The notes beneath the pieces were generated by a model. It had not been told where the DNA came from, made no database searches, and saw only the letters and a program-made list of their open reading frames with translations. Positions 11,310 through 23,252 of a DNA stretch of 64,000 bases are shown piece by piece. Within the stretch, counting starts at the first letter, position 1; every line of letters begins with the position of its first letter. A program made the translations under genes and the position numbers. Origin of the DNA: Hyaloraphidium curvatum SAG 235-1 (Eukaryota; Fungi; Monoblepharomycota); assembly GCA_025558095.1 (NCBI GenBank), contig JAIVFI010000032.1:186001-250000 (forward strand), given 5' to 3'.

Positions 11310-13610
11310 ATGAATCGGAACGCGGCGTTCTTCGAGCCGCAGCCGTCTGTGCCGTCGGACCCCGAGACGTCCGACGCGGAGGAGTCGGGCGCGTCGGACG
11401 GCGAGCGCGTGCTCTTCGCGGCGGAGCCCGCCAACCCCCCCCGCGGCGGCGACGCGCCGGCGGCGTCCGCGGCCGCCAATGCCGACGGCAACAATGGCGT
11501 GCATTCGCGGCTCGCGCTGTACGGCGGGCCGTCGCACGAGGGCTCCGACGACGAGTTCGCGGAGGAACCCGAGACTTCACTCCTGCACGCAGCACCGCCC
11601 AGGCAGCGCGGGCCGTCGCCGCGGCCGGCGGGGCCTCAGCCGCCGCCGTGGGCCGTGACGAATGCGCCGCCGCGGACGCATTCGCGGGTGCCCTCTGCCG
11701 AGCCGCCGCCGCGCCCAACTCCGCCGCCGAAGCGGCCGCAGCAGGCATCGCACACGGCCGCCGAACCGCCTCCGCCCTCGCCGTCCACCTCGGAACCTTA
11801 CTACGGCGAGACCGCCGGCGGGTCAGGCACGATGTACCCGTCGTCCTCGTCGGGCGGCTCGAGCGGCCGCTCGCTCCTCTCGAACATCTCTTCGGCCGCA
11901 AAGCAGGGCTTCAAGATCGCAAAGGTCAAGGGTGCCGAGATCGGCCAGGCGGCCAAGGAATGGAGCCAGATGGCCGCGGAAAAGACCCAGGAGCAGTGGG
12001 ACAAGCAGCGCGAAAAGCGGACCGGCTCGTACGACGACTCGGACGTGGACCCGAGGGGCGGGGCCCCGCAGGCCCCTTATTCCTCGCCGGCGACGACGGG
12101 CAGGTCCCAGAGCTGGCTGTCACGGCTTTCCTCGCCGCAGCACCACACCGTTTTCGGGCAGCCGCTGGCGCAGGCCGTCAAGCACACCTTTTTGGCGTCT
12201 CCCGCCCCGCCCCACCTCCCCGCGGTGGTCGTGCGGTGCCTTCAGGTCCTGGACCGCGAGGATGTGATGAAGGACAACGTCGGGCTGTACAGGATCAGCG
12301 CGAGCAGGAAGGAGCTGGACCGCCTGCGCGCGCTGGTCGACACCAGCCCAAAGGGCGACATTGATTTCGGATGGTGGGAGGACGAGGATCCTGGTCCGGT
12401 GTATTGGGACGAGGAAGTGGCATCAGGTGGTGCCCCGGCAAGGGTTGACGGGCGGCAAAGGGAGGATCCCAATGCCGTTGCCGGCCTGTTCAAGATGTTC
12501 CTCCGCGAAGGTGGGCGCTACGGGAATGTCTCACGTTGACTTCATCTGACCGCGGTTGTGACAGCTCCGGATGCCAACATACCCGGCGATGTTGCGCAGC
12601 GGCTCGACGCCGTGGACCTGGCCTCGCCGTCTGCCACGACAGAGGTGCGCTCCATCCTTATGCCCGGCCTTTCCTCGAATCAGGCCCTGCTCTGCCTCCT
12701 TTCCTCGCTATTTATGCACCTGAACCGCATGGCGAGCCACGCGGACGAGAACAAGATGCCGGCCGGCAACCTTGCCATCGTGTTTGCGCCCACGGTCGGC
12801 AACGGCGCCTCGGTCTCGGTGGTCGAGCTTCTGATTGACCGCGCGGCGGACATTTTCCCCCGGACTTCGGCCTACGGGCAAGCGAAGCTCGCCTCCGTAC
12901 CCCGGCCCTCGAAGCCGTCGCCGGCAAGGACGCCCGCGCGGCTGCCTTCGGTGCGCGAGCCCGGCCCCAAGCCGCAGCTTCCGCCCCGCAAGGCGCGCAC
13001 GGATCCCACCCCGGTGGAGCCGCCGCCCGCGGCGTCGCGCTCCATGGACGAACCTCCTCCTGCCAAAGAAGCGCCGCTGGCCCGGCGCTCGACGGACCTC
13101 CGCCCCGCCCCTCCCGTGCAGCTCCAACCCCCTGCCAAACCCCCCAAGCCCTCCAAGTCGCAGCCCGTGCAGCCCCCGGCCCCTTCGAGCAACCCGTTCA
13201 CCGCCGCGGCGGACCGCATGGTGGGCGCCGTCAAGTCCACCATCCGCCCGCGCGCGGCGGCGGCGCAGGTGGCCCCGGCGGCGCTGGACAACCCGTTCAG
13301 CACGGTCCGCCTGTCGCGGGACGAGCTGGCGGTGGCGATGGCGGCCGTCAGCCTCGCCGAGGATCCGGTGCCCGAGAAGCGCCCCGCGACGCCGGCAAAG
13401 GACGACGTCAACCCGTTCGCGACGGTCAAGCTGACCCCGGCGCAGCTGGCGGTGGCCATGGCCGGGATCGACGTGCCGGAGGAGGAAAATGCGCCCGTGG
13501 CGCCGCAGAGGGAGCGGCCCAGGATACCGACCAAGCCGGACCTGTCGCGCAAGGGGCCGCCCACGCCGCCCAAGGACGGGCTGCCGAAGGAGTGGCTGGA
13601 ACTGACGTAG
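11310..13610 (+). CDS. RhoGAP-domain protein with Pro-rich and NPF-containing tail
   Basis: VFGQPL...LPAVVVRCL...VGLYRISAS (arginine finger)...DPNAVAGLFKMFLRE|..PD...HLNRMASHADENKMPAGNLAIVFAPT; intron ~12511-12563. Confidence 0.9.
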
Positions 13611-13751
13611 GCGTTGGAGCTTGCGGGCATGGGACCGCGCAAGTTTTCCTGGCATGGGTTGCCCACGTTGCTGGATGTTGATTAGAAGGCCTCCGAGTTT
13701 TGGACGCAGGGGATCCGCTCGCTTTCTCTCCTTCCATTCGTCGCCATGCTT

Positions 13752-15557
13752 TCATACAGAATTGATCCTTCCGTTCACGGGTATCTCTACCGGTTTGGCG
13801 GCCCGCCCGTCGGGCCGCTCCGTGAACCCCGAATCCGAGTCTGCCCTCGGCGCAGCTCGCTCCTCCAGCACCGCCTCTCCGCTCTGGACAGACGAATCGT
13901 CGCGCTCCTCCTCCGCCATCCGGGGCAGCGTCGCAGCGGTCACGGTCAGGCTGACCGGGGTCGACTTGCTCGAGGCCAGCAGCGCCAGGAGCGAAGCCGG
14001 TATCGGCGTCGCCGCGGGCGCCTCCTTTGGCGCGGGCGGCGGCTCGGGAGCATCAGTCAAGGTATCAGCCGGGTCCGCGTCCCCGGCTGCGGGTTCTTCC
14101 GGAGCGAGCTCCACGGCGGCAGGCTCGGCGCCGACCGAGCCCGCGTTGCTCGCCCCATCGGCATCGTCCTCGTCCGCTTCGGCCGTGCTCAGGCCCCCGT
14201 CCTCCTTGAGCGATGCGAGGCGGCTGCCGCGCACCATGCTCTCGAAGCGCTTCTCTTTCTCCACGCGCTCCTCGCGCTCCACAATAGAAGACATGCGCCC
14301 AAGGATCGAAGGGGTCGAAGGGGAAGAGGAGAGTTGGTTGGGGAGTTCGTTCGCCGACGGGGACGTCGCCACCGCGGCTGGCCTTGCGGAAGGCACGGTC
14401 GCCGACAAGGGCGAAATGGCTTCGGCGGGCGAAGCAGCGACCGGTGTCCTCCCCGAAAACAGCTGCGAAACCCCCGCCGCACTCGCGGTGGCGGCCTGCG
14501 CCAGCAAGGGGGGGATCGGCGCCGCGTCCGGCGGCACCTCGCGGGCGCGCATGGCGACCACGAACTCATTGTCCTCGCGGTGCCGCACTGGGTCCATGAC
14601 CTTGCCCCAGGGCGTGGCGTGCACGACCTTGGCCTCGTGCTTGCTGCCCCTGGAGCGGGAGAGGGCAGGTATGGGCGAGGCGCGCCGCCGCAGGGAGAGG
14701 TCCGAACGCAGGGCCTGCGCAGCACCGTGCGGCACCGTGAGCGAGGCTCTCCGGGATGGGAGCTGGTCCGCGCCGGCGGGCTCGGCAAAGGCGACCGAAG
14801 GCCAGAGGTCCGTGGAGCCCAGGCTCGCGGAGTACGAAAAGGGACGGTCGACCGAGGCTCGCGGGGGCCGCTCCGCCTCGTACATCGTGGCCGCATGCTG
14901 CAGCTCCGAGGGTGTTTTCTGCAGCCCCGTTTGGAGCTTGGAAAACAGCTTGGTGAAGGACGAGCCGCCCGCCGCGGTCTGTGCGGATTCGGCCGCCGAG
15001 GCCGCGGAAAATGTGCGTCCCAGCTCGGGCAGCTTCTTCCGCTCCACATCGTCCGACGGTCTGCTGTCCCTGCCGTCCTTGGACGAGTTTGACGACTCGG
15101 TCGACACGCGTGCGGGTGAGTTCGGCACGGCGAGCTTGCCTCTGTTCGGGTCCGAGGCCGCGCGGCCCAGCGCCGCGGCGGCGACAGCCGCGGGCAGCAC
15201 CGACTGCGGTGCGCCGGCAAACGAGCCCGTTGCCGAGTTTGCCGCTGGGTTTGCCGGTGTGTTGGCGCCCGAGCTGCCCCCCGAGCCCGCCTTCTTCCCG
15301 CGCTTGTCGTCGTCGCGCTTTGCAAACACCGATTTGAACCACGACGACATGCGGCGGCCGCCCGCGTCGTCGTCCTCCTCGCCGCCAACGACCACGTAAC
15401 CCTTCTCGCGGTGGTAGTCGTTGGGGTTGAGCTCTTCCCACCGGCGCACCTGGACATCCCCACGGTGAGACCTCGCCGACTGCGGCCCCGCCGTGCCGTT
15501 TGGTCCACTCGGTCCATTGAGCGACGCGCTGCGCGACGGAATCGGCGGCGACGCCAT
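13752..15557 (-). CDS. Hypothetical Ser/Ala/Pro-rich, largely disordered protein (~600 aa)
   Basis: Long ORF from ccATGG context (MASPPIPSRSASLNG), positioned between two recognised genes; no recognisable domain. Confidence 0.6.
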   Translation of the reverse strand: MASPPIPSRSASLNGPSGPNGTAGPQSARSHRGDVQVRRWEELNPNDYHREKGYVVVGGEEDDDAGGRRMSSWFKSVFAKRDDDKRGKKAGSGGSSGANTPANPAANSATGSFAGAPQSVLPAAVAAAALGRAASDPNRGKLAVPNSPARVSTESSNSSKDGRDSRPSDDVERKKLPELGRTFSAASAAESAQTAAGGSSFTKLFSKLQTGLQKTPSELQHAATMYEAERPPRASVDRPFSYSASLGSTDLWPSVAFAEPAGADQLPSRRASLTVPHGAAQALRSDLSLRRRASPIPALSRSRGSKHEAKVVHATPWGKVMDPVRHREDNEFVVAMRAREVPPDAAPIPPLLAQAATASAAGVSQLFSGRTPVAASPAEAISPLSATVPSARPAAVATSPSANELPNQLSSSPSTPSILGRMSSIVEREERVEKEKRFESMVRGSRLASLKEDGGLSTAEADEDDADGASNAGSVGAEPAAVELAPEEPAAGDADPADTLTDAPEPPPAPKEAPAATPIPASLLALLASSKSTPVSLTVTAATLPRMAEEERDDSSVQSGEAVLEERAAPRADSDSGFTERPDGRAAKPVEIPVNGRINSV

Positions 15558-15690
15558 GGCGGCGGCGGATCCGCCGGGGGCCGGATTGGAGTGACGTTGG
15601 ATCAAGGCGACAAACTCCTACTCCCCAGGTACTCCAGGACATGCAGCGTACATGCTTCCCAAAAGAGCAAACTGGCAATTGCTTGTCCAC

Positions 15691-17025
15691 CTACTTCTCT
15701 GCCTTCTTCTTCGCATCCTCCAGCTCCTTCTCCGTCTCGCCCCAAACCGCAGCATCCCGATCCGAACCATCGATGAAGCCCACGCCATCTTTCCACTGCT
15801 TCTTGTCCCACCTCCGTGCGCGCCATTCCCAGAAGTCTCCGTGCCCGCCGACCAGGAAGTCCCAGACAAAGGTCAGCGTCTGGAAATTGACGTGGGTCCT
15901 GGATAAAATGGGAGACAGGTCAGAACGAGGAAGGGGTTCGGTCGACCGCGATCGGGTCACCTCCTGTGGTGGTAGTCTGCCAGGAACGGTCACAAATGGG
16001 GTAAGCCATCGATTCCTTCAAATGCCGACGACCGAAGCAACGCACCGTGGTTCTCGATGTAGGGCACGAACCAGTTCAGCGGGTCCCACGGCAGCTTGTA
16101 CCCGCAGTGCGCTGGGAGTTGCGTGTGAGTTTCGGACCGGGAGGGGGGTTTGGCGTCGCCATCCACCTCTGGTAGCGATGTGAGTGTACCAAGCATTCCA
16201 CACGAACGCCACGGGGAAGTTCATCTTCGCGACGCCGATGCCGAAACGCGTGGGGACAACGTCCATCAGGAAGAGATCGGTGATGTACGCGTGGGCAGCA
16301 ATGATCGCAGAAACGACCTTGACCTCGTGGTGGCGCTGGATGCACAATAAATCAATCATGATCATTCGGCCGATCGACTGCGCCCACCTTGTGGATGGTG
16401 CGATACAAAAGGGGAATCTTGTGCAAGCCGTAGTGAATCCAAAAGAGCAGCGTGTCCCAGGCGAACGTGCCGATGAGGAACTGCTTCGCAGCTTCCTTGT
16501 AGCTCTTGGGCATCTCCAGCAGGCTGGGCATGCCCAGCCACTTCTGGACGTAGAATGCCGCATAGTACTGGGGAAATGCGATGAAGAGGGCGGCGATGTT
16601 CCCTGCCAAACCGTACTACAGCATGCGTCAGCAACTGCATCCAGTCGCTACGGCGCCGCCGAGCACGCAGAGCACGCACCGAAGCCTCCCAGGCCTTGTC
16701 TTCGAGCAGCTTGGGGATCCGGCGGTCGTTCTGAATGCGGTATTCCTCGTAGAGCCCTGCATCGGGGACCAAGACAAAGATGAATACATGCCAACAAATA
16801 CGCTCAGAAGAGTCCTGTACCGTTGTCGTAAATGTGCTTGAAGACGGCATGGTTGTATCCGCCCACCAGGCGGGCAACAATGTACTGGACCCAGACGTAG
16901 GTGTTCGCCTCGCCAATGTGGGCGACGAGGAAAGTGACGGCGCGCAGCCACGCGTTGGGCATCGACTCGTGGAGGAACTTGGAGAGCGCGCCGCCGGCGG
17001 TGGCGAGGGTCGACTGCACGGGCAT
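15691..17025 (-). CDS. Fatty acid hydroxylase/sterol desaturase superfamily enzyme (ERG25/CH25H-like), multi-exon
   Basis: His boxes HYGLH, HK|RHH, HCGY and H|DYHH, followed by NFQTLTFVWDFLVGG; ends KKKAEK* at 15691. Confidence 0.85.
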
Positions 17026-17891
17026 TCTTGAAGCGCCCGGAGAGAGCGTTTAAAGAGGGTTGGCGGAGATGCTACAGCGGCACCCGGGTAGAGCGTTCAA
17101 AAACGGCTGGCAGAGAGGCTGCAGCGGCTTGACCGGCGCCGGGGAGAGGTAAGGTGAGTGTTTGGCGCGTTGTGCGGTGGCGGAGGTGAGTGGCGAAGGC
17201 GGGAACCACTCTGTCTCCCACTGTCCCACTGGTCCCGCCTCGACGACCTGTATCTCTCTACCACACTTTGGAAGAAGGAACCGCAAGCATGTTTTCATTG
17301 CCATTGTTGAAGAAGATGAAGGGAAGCGGAATGGATTGGTTGCACCAGTGGCCGATCGCCTGAGGCGTTCTGCATTCCAACGACAACCACCTAACCTGCA
17401 CGTCGTGTTCATGGTCACAACAACGCCGGCAGACTCGAGGACGCTCCAAAGTCCCACGCCAAGAGTGAAGGCTGTCTCGGCGACATTTCTCACCACAGCA
17501 GCAGACTCTCTGGACCTCATGAACGAAGCGAAATACGACGGAGCGGTGTCGATGAACGAGGCCAGCAGTCCGTCCTGTGCGGCTGCGAGCTCGAATGCGG
17601 CGCGGCGCGGCCGGACGATGGCGGGACACGCGCGGCGGCGGCGCACGTGAGGCGTCTGAGCAAGGTCCGTGCAGAAGCGAAAAGCGCCTCGATCGCTGAC
17701 GTGTGCGAGTTTCGGGACGAGCAGCGTGAAGTACAGGAGCAAAAAGAGGGTGGCACCACCCGTGCCGCCTGGACCAGGAGGCCTGTGACGCTCAGGCGGG
17801 CGGAAAATGCGTGGATTCTCGGTGTCGATCGCGATGTCAACAATTGCAATCAAGCGCCTCCAAGACTCTCCGGACCGCCGCATCGCGCGCG

Positions 17892-19006
17892 ATGTCGGCA
17901 CCCCTCCCGATCCCGGCGCGCTCGGCCGACCCACCGGACCAGGCGACCCCGAAATCGCCCCCGGCTTCCTCGTCGTTCAAGGCCGCGCAGATGGTCCGCA
18001 CCGTCACCACCACCGAGTCGCTCGAGGCCACCGTGGCCTCGGCAAAGCGCTCGGCGGGGTTCGCGGCCGTGCAGGACCACGTCGTGCTCCCGTCGGCCTC
18101 GGGCGCCCCCGCCGCGGACGGGGAGCGCAGGCCGCTCGTGGTCGGCATCGGGTCGGGGTCCACGGTGATCCCCGTGGTCGAGGCGCTGAAGCAGATGATG
18201 TCGGACGCGCCGGGAGGGTTCAAGAAGAACAGGCTGGACGTAGTGTGCGTGCCGACGAGCTGGCAGGCAAAGGACCTCATCGTCGAGGCCGGTTTCCAGC
18301 TGGTTCGTGGCCGGCCGGCCGCAATGCGGTCTTCAGCGGTGCGAGCTCACGATTGGCGGTCCGCGGCAGGGCGACTTGTCGCAGTACCCGTCCATCGACG
18401 TGGACATTGACGGCGCGGACGAGTGCGACCCCGAGCTCAACTGCATCAAGGGCGGCGGCGGGTGCCAGCTGCAGGAGAAAATGGTCGCTTACTGGAGCAA
18501 AAAGTTCATCGTGGTGGCCGACTACAGGAAGGAGGCCGACCGGCTAGGCACCAAGGTGCGCCTCGCCGATCCTCCGCACCGCTCTACGCCTCACGGCTCC
18601 CGCCCGACAGTGGACCCAAGGCGTCCCCATCGAGGTCGTTCCCGGTGCCTACACCCCCATCCTCTCCCTCCTCCTCTCCCCCCCCTTCTCCGCCCTCACC
18701 GCCTCCCTCCGCATGGGCGTCCGCAAGGCCGGGCCCGTGGTGACCGACAACGGCAACCTCATCATCGACGCGCATTTCGGGCCCATCGACGACCCGAAGG
18801 AGCTCGAGGGGAGGATCAAGATGGTGCCGGGGGTGGTGGAGGTGGGGCTGTTTTGCGGGATGGCCGAGGAGGCCTACTTTGGCCAGGCGGACGGGTGGGT
18901 GTCCGTCCCCCGCCGGTTGAAGGATCCGATGCTGACACACACGTCTAGATCGGTGACGGTGAGGAACAGGAACGGCAGCGTGCGCAAGATACCCCCCGCA
19001 CTCTAG
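17892..19006 (+). CDS. RKI1: Ribose-5-phosphate isomerase A
   Basis: [60 protein letters not shown]. Confidence 0.97.
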
Positions 19007-19074
19007 CGGGACACGCACCGTTGCCGGCGCACGAGCCGATAGACGCGGTCTTGAACCAGGCTCTCGCTCTTCCA

Positions 19075-19580
19075 CTAGTCATCCGGTACCTCGATGTCCG
19101 GATACTTTTCCTGCGCGTAGTCCATAGCCTCGGGGTGCCTGTTCCTCATCTTCATCTTGAGCAGCCTGCCGGCCGCACCCCCCGGGGTCAGACGTCTCCC
19201 ATCGCGCCCCGGAGCGCCGCGACGCCACCTCAGCTTCCTAAACACCGAGTCCAGATCCGCCTTGACCTCCTTGAGCGCCGCCACGTGCCCCGCGAACCTC
19301 GCGGCGGCCTGCGCGTGCCGCGCCTGCGACCGCGCGTTGTGCAGCTCGAGGTGGTGCGCGGCCAGGCGCAGCGTCGAGGAGCTACGGGGCGATTGCGGCG
19401 CGTCGGTACCCAAGGAGACGCGCGCGGAAGGGGGACGCACATCTCCGACTGGTGCGACGCGATCGACGCGAGCGCGTCGCGGTCGATGCATTCCAGGAAG
19501 CTCTCGGCCCACACGCGGCCGGGCGTCACGGCGACGCCGGGAGCTGTCGGCGGAGGCTCGTTCGGGGGGGTGCTGGTCAT
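19075..19580 (-). CDS. KXD1: KxDL-motif protein (BORC/BLOC-1 associated)
   Basis: Small coiled-coil protein with 2 introns: ...FAGHVAALKEVKADLDSVFRKLR|LLKMKMRNRHPEA. Confidence 0.85.
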
Positions 19581-19680
19581 TGGATCGGAGTGTCGCAAAG
19601 AGACGCGCGAGGTTGCGCGCGAGGGAGGGCAACAACCATCGAGCATATCCAGTCCATCCGCGATCACCCGGTATACATTC

Positions 19681-20765
19681 CTACTTTGCCAGCGGGGCAT
19701 TAGGGTCGTTTCGCAGCTGAGTCAGGATTTGCCTCATCCGCGACGTGTCCTTGCTTCCCCGGACCCTGGGCGCCGAGGTCGAGGTGGGGGTCGCAGGTGC
19801 GGCGGAAGACGTCTCGGAGAGGGCGAGGATGCGTTCCTGGAGAGCGGAAAATGGTGGAGCGGGGCATCGACGGTCAGGTCTGTGAAGCCAGGGAGCGAGG
19901 TGTGGGCCGCCCCGGACGCACCCAAACGTTCCCGCCGGCGCCGGCGGCCTGCTGCGCCTCCGCGATCGGCCCCTGGTCTTTCGCAGCCTGCTGCTTCATC
20001 CGGTCCTTCTTCTCGTTGTAGTCCCGGTAGAACGCCTCGAGGTCCTTCTTGGCCTTTTCCAGGATCTCCTTGTGCTTCTCGGCCGACTTGCGGTCGCGCT
20101 CCTCCAGCGCAGCCTGCTGCTTCTCGCGCCATTGCCTGTACGTAGCAAAATGGAGAGGTGTTCGGGGTTTCGCAGGTTGGCGGGGAGGGGAGGCGGGGGC
20201 GCGACGTGAGGCCGTGCCGCCGATCGCCGGGTGCCTCCACGCACGCAATGAATTCCGACTCGGAGTAGTTCTTCTGGCTGGCGCCCGTGCCCTGGGTGGG
20301 CACGGGCGAGGCGGGCGGCAGGGGCTGCTGGCGCGCGGGCGAGGCTGGGGAGAAGGAGCGCACCTGCGAGGGCGGCGAGCCGAGGCCGACGACGGGCGAG
20401 GCGGGCAGCGGCGAGGGCGTGCGTTCGACATGCGTCGTCGGCGCGGCCTCGAAGGAGTACTCTGCGGGCTGCGGGGGGCGTGAGGGAGGAAGGGCGCGCG
20501 CAATCGGCGAGCCCACGAAGGCGGCCTCCGCCGCGGCCACCGTGACCTCCGCGCCGCCCGCGCCGCCAAAGTCGCCAAAGTCGTCGTCGACGGCCCCGCC
20601 GGACGGCGGCGCGTCGGTGTCGAAAAGCGCGGCGTCGTCGCCGAGCAGCGCCTTCTCGCGCGCGAGGAAGTCTGCGCGGCATTAGGGGCGCCACCCGGGG
20701 GCAGGCGGGCACGCACCGGCCGTGGGGTCCGAGCCGCCCTCGACAAAGTCGCCGAACGTGTCCAT
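19681..20765 (-). CDS. CLC1: Clathrin light chain
   Basis: DPTA|DFLAREKALLGDDA; ESEFI|RQWREKQ...EERD...KAKKDLEAFY; GNVW|ERI; KDTSRMRQILTQLRNDPNAP. Confidence 0.93.
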
Positions 20766-21045
20766 CGGCGCGGAGGGGGGTTGGGCGGGAGGGGTGTATT
20801 GATTGCCGGGTTGAAGTGGCTCGAATGGATTTCCGTGGTACAAGCCAGCCAGACTCCAGGAATTCGCTGCTTAGCTCGCCTAAGCCCCGAAACCCGCATC
20901 GCAGATCCGAGCGGCCCGGCGCCCGGCAGCCGGAGCGGGAGCGAGATCGGGCCATCGCTGATCGGCCGCGCAGCCCCGGCGTCGAGGCATGCTGTGACCG
21001 CCGCGCCTGCCTCGTGCCTGCCGACCCCGGCCACCCCGCGCCGCG

Positions 21046-23114
21046 ATGGGGCAGTCGTCGTCGCGGCCGAACAACGCGCCGCCGCGCCACGGCCACGCGC
21101 GCCACGCGAGCCACTCGCTCGCGCAGGCCGCGCAGCAGCAGCAGCAGGCGCCGCGCAGGGACGACGCCGCCGACCGCGAGGCGAAGCTGTACGCCGCCGT
21201 CGCGCTGGACCACGGCGCGCTGGGCCCCGTCAACGCGCTGTACGACGCCGGCGCTGCCGACTTCGAGCCAAAGGTCCTGCGCAGGCTCATCCTCGAGCGC
21301 AAGCTGGCGCCCTTCTACAGGGGCCTGGCGGACCCCGACGACGGCGAGAGCACAACGACAACCACCGTGCCGCGGCCGCGCGCTCCGGACTCGCCGGCAT
21401 CGCTGCCGGCCCAGGACTTTGCCCCCACGCCGATCCAGATCGCAATGACGCAGAACGGCCCGGGCTTCGGCGACGGCGGGCCCGTCGTCGCGCTCGGCCG
21501 CTCGGCCACCGCCTCCGAGGCCGCGGGCGTGCCGATCCCGTCGCGCTTCAAGCGGGGCCACGCGCACAAGGGCTCCACCGGCTCGCTGGCCGCCTCCTTC
21601 TCCTCCACGCATTCGGGCACGTCGGCCGCGATGGACTCCGCATCGGGCATCGACGTGCCCGGCGCCATGGCCGCGAAGCAGCGCGCCGCGTCGGCGGGCG
21701 TCGCCTCGTCGTACCCGTCGGTCGCCGGGCCCTCGCGCGGCGGCGGGCCGGCGCCCGACCCGCTCCTGGGCCCCAACAACCTCGCGCCGTGGATCTCGCG
21801 CGATGATCTCTATAGGAACTCGATCGAGTGCCCAATCTGCTTCTTGGTGAGTCGGTGCACGCTTGATCTCGTGTGGATCTCCCTTGACCCGATCCCGTTT
21901 CGGCAGTACTACCCCCGCAACATCAACTGGTCGCGCTGCTGCGACCAACCCATCTGCTCCGAATGCTTTGTCCAGATCCAGCGCCCCGAGTCCGGGGACC
22001 CCGCTGCGTAAGTGCACGTCGCGCTGCCCTCCCCCATGCGCTCAAACCTTGCCGTGTCACAAAGCTGCCCCTTCTGCGTCGAACCCAACTTCGGCATCAT
22101 CTACTACGCCCCGAACACCCCCATGTACCTCGAGAAATCCGGCCGCGCCGACGACCCCGACGCGCCCCCCCTCCCCATCGCCGCGGACCACCTGTCGCAG
22201 TCGCTCCCCGCCGATTCGCCGCTGGCACGGCTCGAAGGCGAGGAGGAGAGGCCGGAGACGCCGGCGTCGGTCGCGGGGAAGGCGGGCAAGAGGGAGGGGA
22301 AGAAGAGGAGGGAGAGCATGGGGTCCAAGGCGCCGGGGGTCGTCACCGTCGGTGCGTCGCCGTCGCTTGCTCGGCCCGCTGGGGCGCGGACTGACTGTCG
22401 AGCGTGCTGCAGACGATCTGAGGCCTGGGTGGTTCAAGAAGCACCAGCAGCAGCTGCTCGCGCGCGCCATTCAGCAGCAGCAGCGCCGGTACGCCTCTCT
22501 CCTCGCAGCCTCGGCGCCGGGGTCGCGGCCTCCGCCGCCGCCCTCGTCGCCGCCGGGACCGTCCGGGGACGAGCACGAGCCGGATCTGATGTGGGTTGTC
22601 GACGTCGATCGCCACGTCGCGCCGAGGCTGACGCCGAGCTCCAGCGGGGCCGCAACCGCCGCGGCGGCGCTCGTCGAGTCCATGAGCTCGCAAGAGCTGG
22701 CCGCCGCCCAAAGTCGGCGGCGCGGGCTCGGTACTTCGAGGGGGCAGAGGCAGTCGCGCGGCGGGAACCAGAACCTGCGGGACCAGGTGGCCATCGCGGG
22801 TTATTTCGATGGTGGGCGTCGCACACGCAATCGGACTCGCGGATTCGCTGACTCCGCTGCCAGCAATGAGGCACATGGGCGCGGACCTGGAGGAGCTCAT
22901 GATGATGGAGGCTATGCGGCGCTCCCTGCAGGACGTCACGGTCTCGCCCGGCGGCCCCTCGGACGGCGAGCCCGCCGCCGGCCCGGCGGACCCCTCCCCC
23001 GAGCCGCCCGCGGACCCGCCAGACGGCAAGCCGGGGGTGCGGTTCGAGGACGATACCAGCTCCCCCGTCGTGAGCTCCTTTGTGGAAAGCGCCGAGGAGG
23101 GGGCGGGCCAGTGA
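21046..23114 (+). CDS. SIP5: SIP5-like RING-type zinc-finger protein with C-terminal UIM
   Basis: MG start (possible myristoylation), LILERKLAPFYRG, LYRNSIECPICFL|YYPRNINWSRCCDQPICSECFVQI, CPFCVEPNFGIIY, DLEELMMMEAMRRSL. Confidence 0.88.
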
Positions 23115-23252
23115 GGGGCGGCGGGCGGGGGCGTCTGAAATCTGGACATCCGAGTGGAGGGCATACCAACCATCTATCTGGGTCGCTTGGGGAATTTACA
23201 TTGTTTCGTCGTGGTATCGAAAGGAGTTTACGCGTACTTTGCCCGAGATCCA

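Noticed and set aside
15691-15993. ORF 15691-15993 as an independent gene or first exon of the 13752 ORF
   Set aside because: It splices in frame as the last exon of the fatty acid hydroxylase gene.
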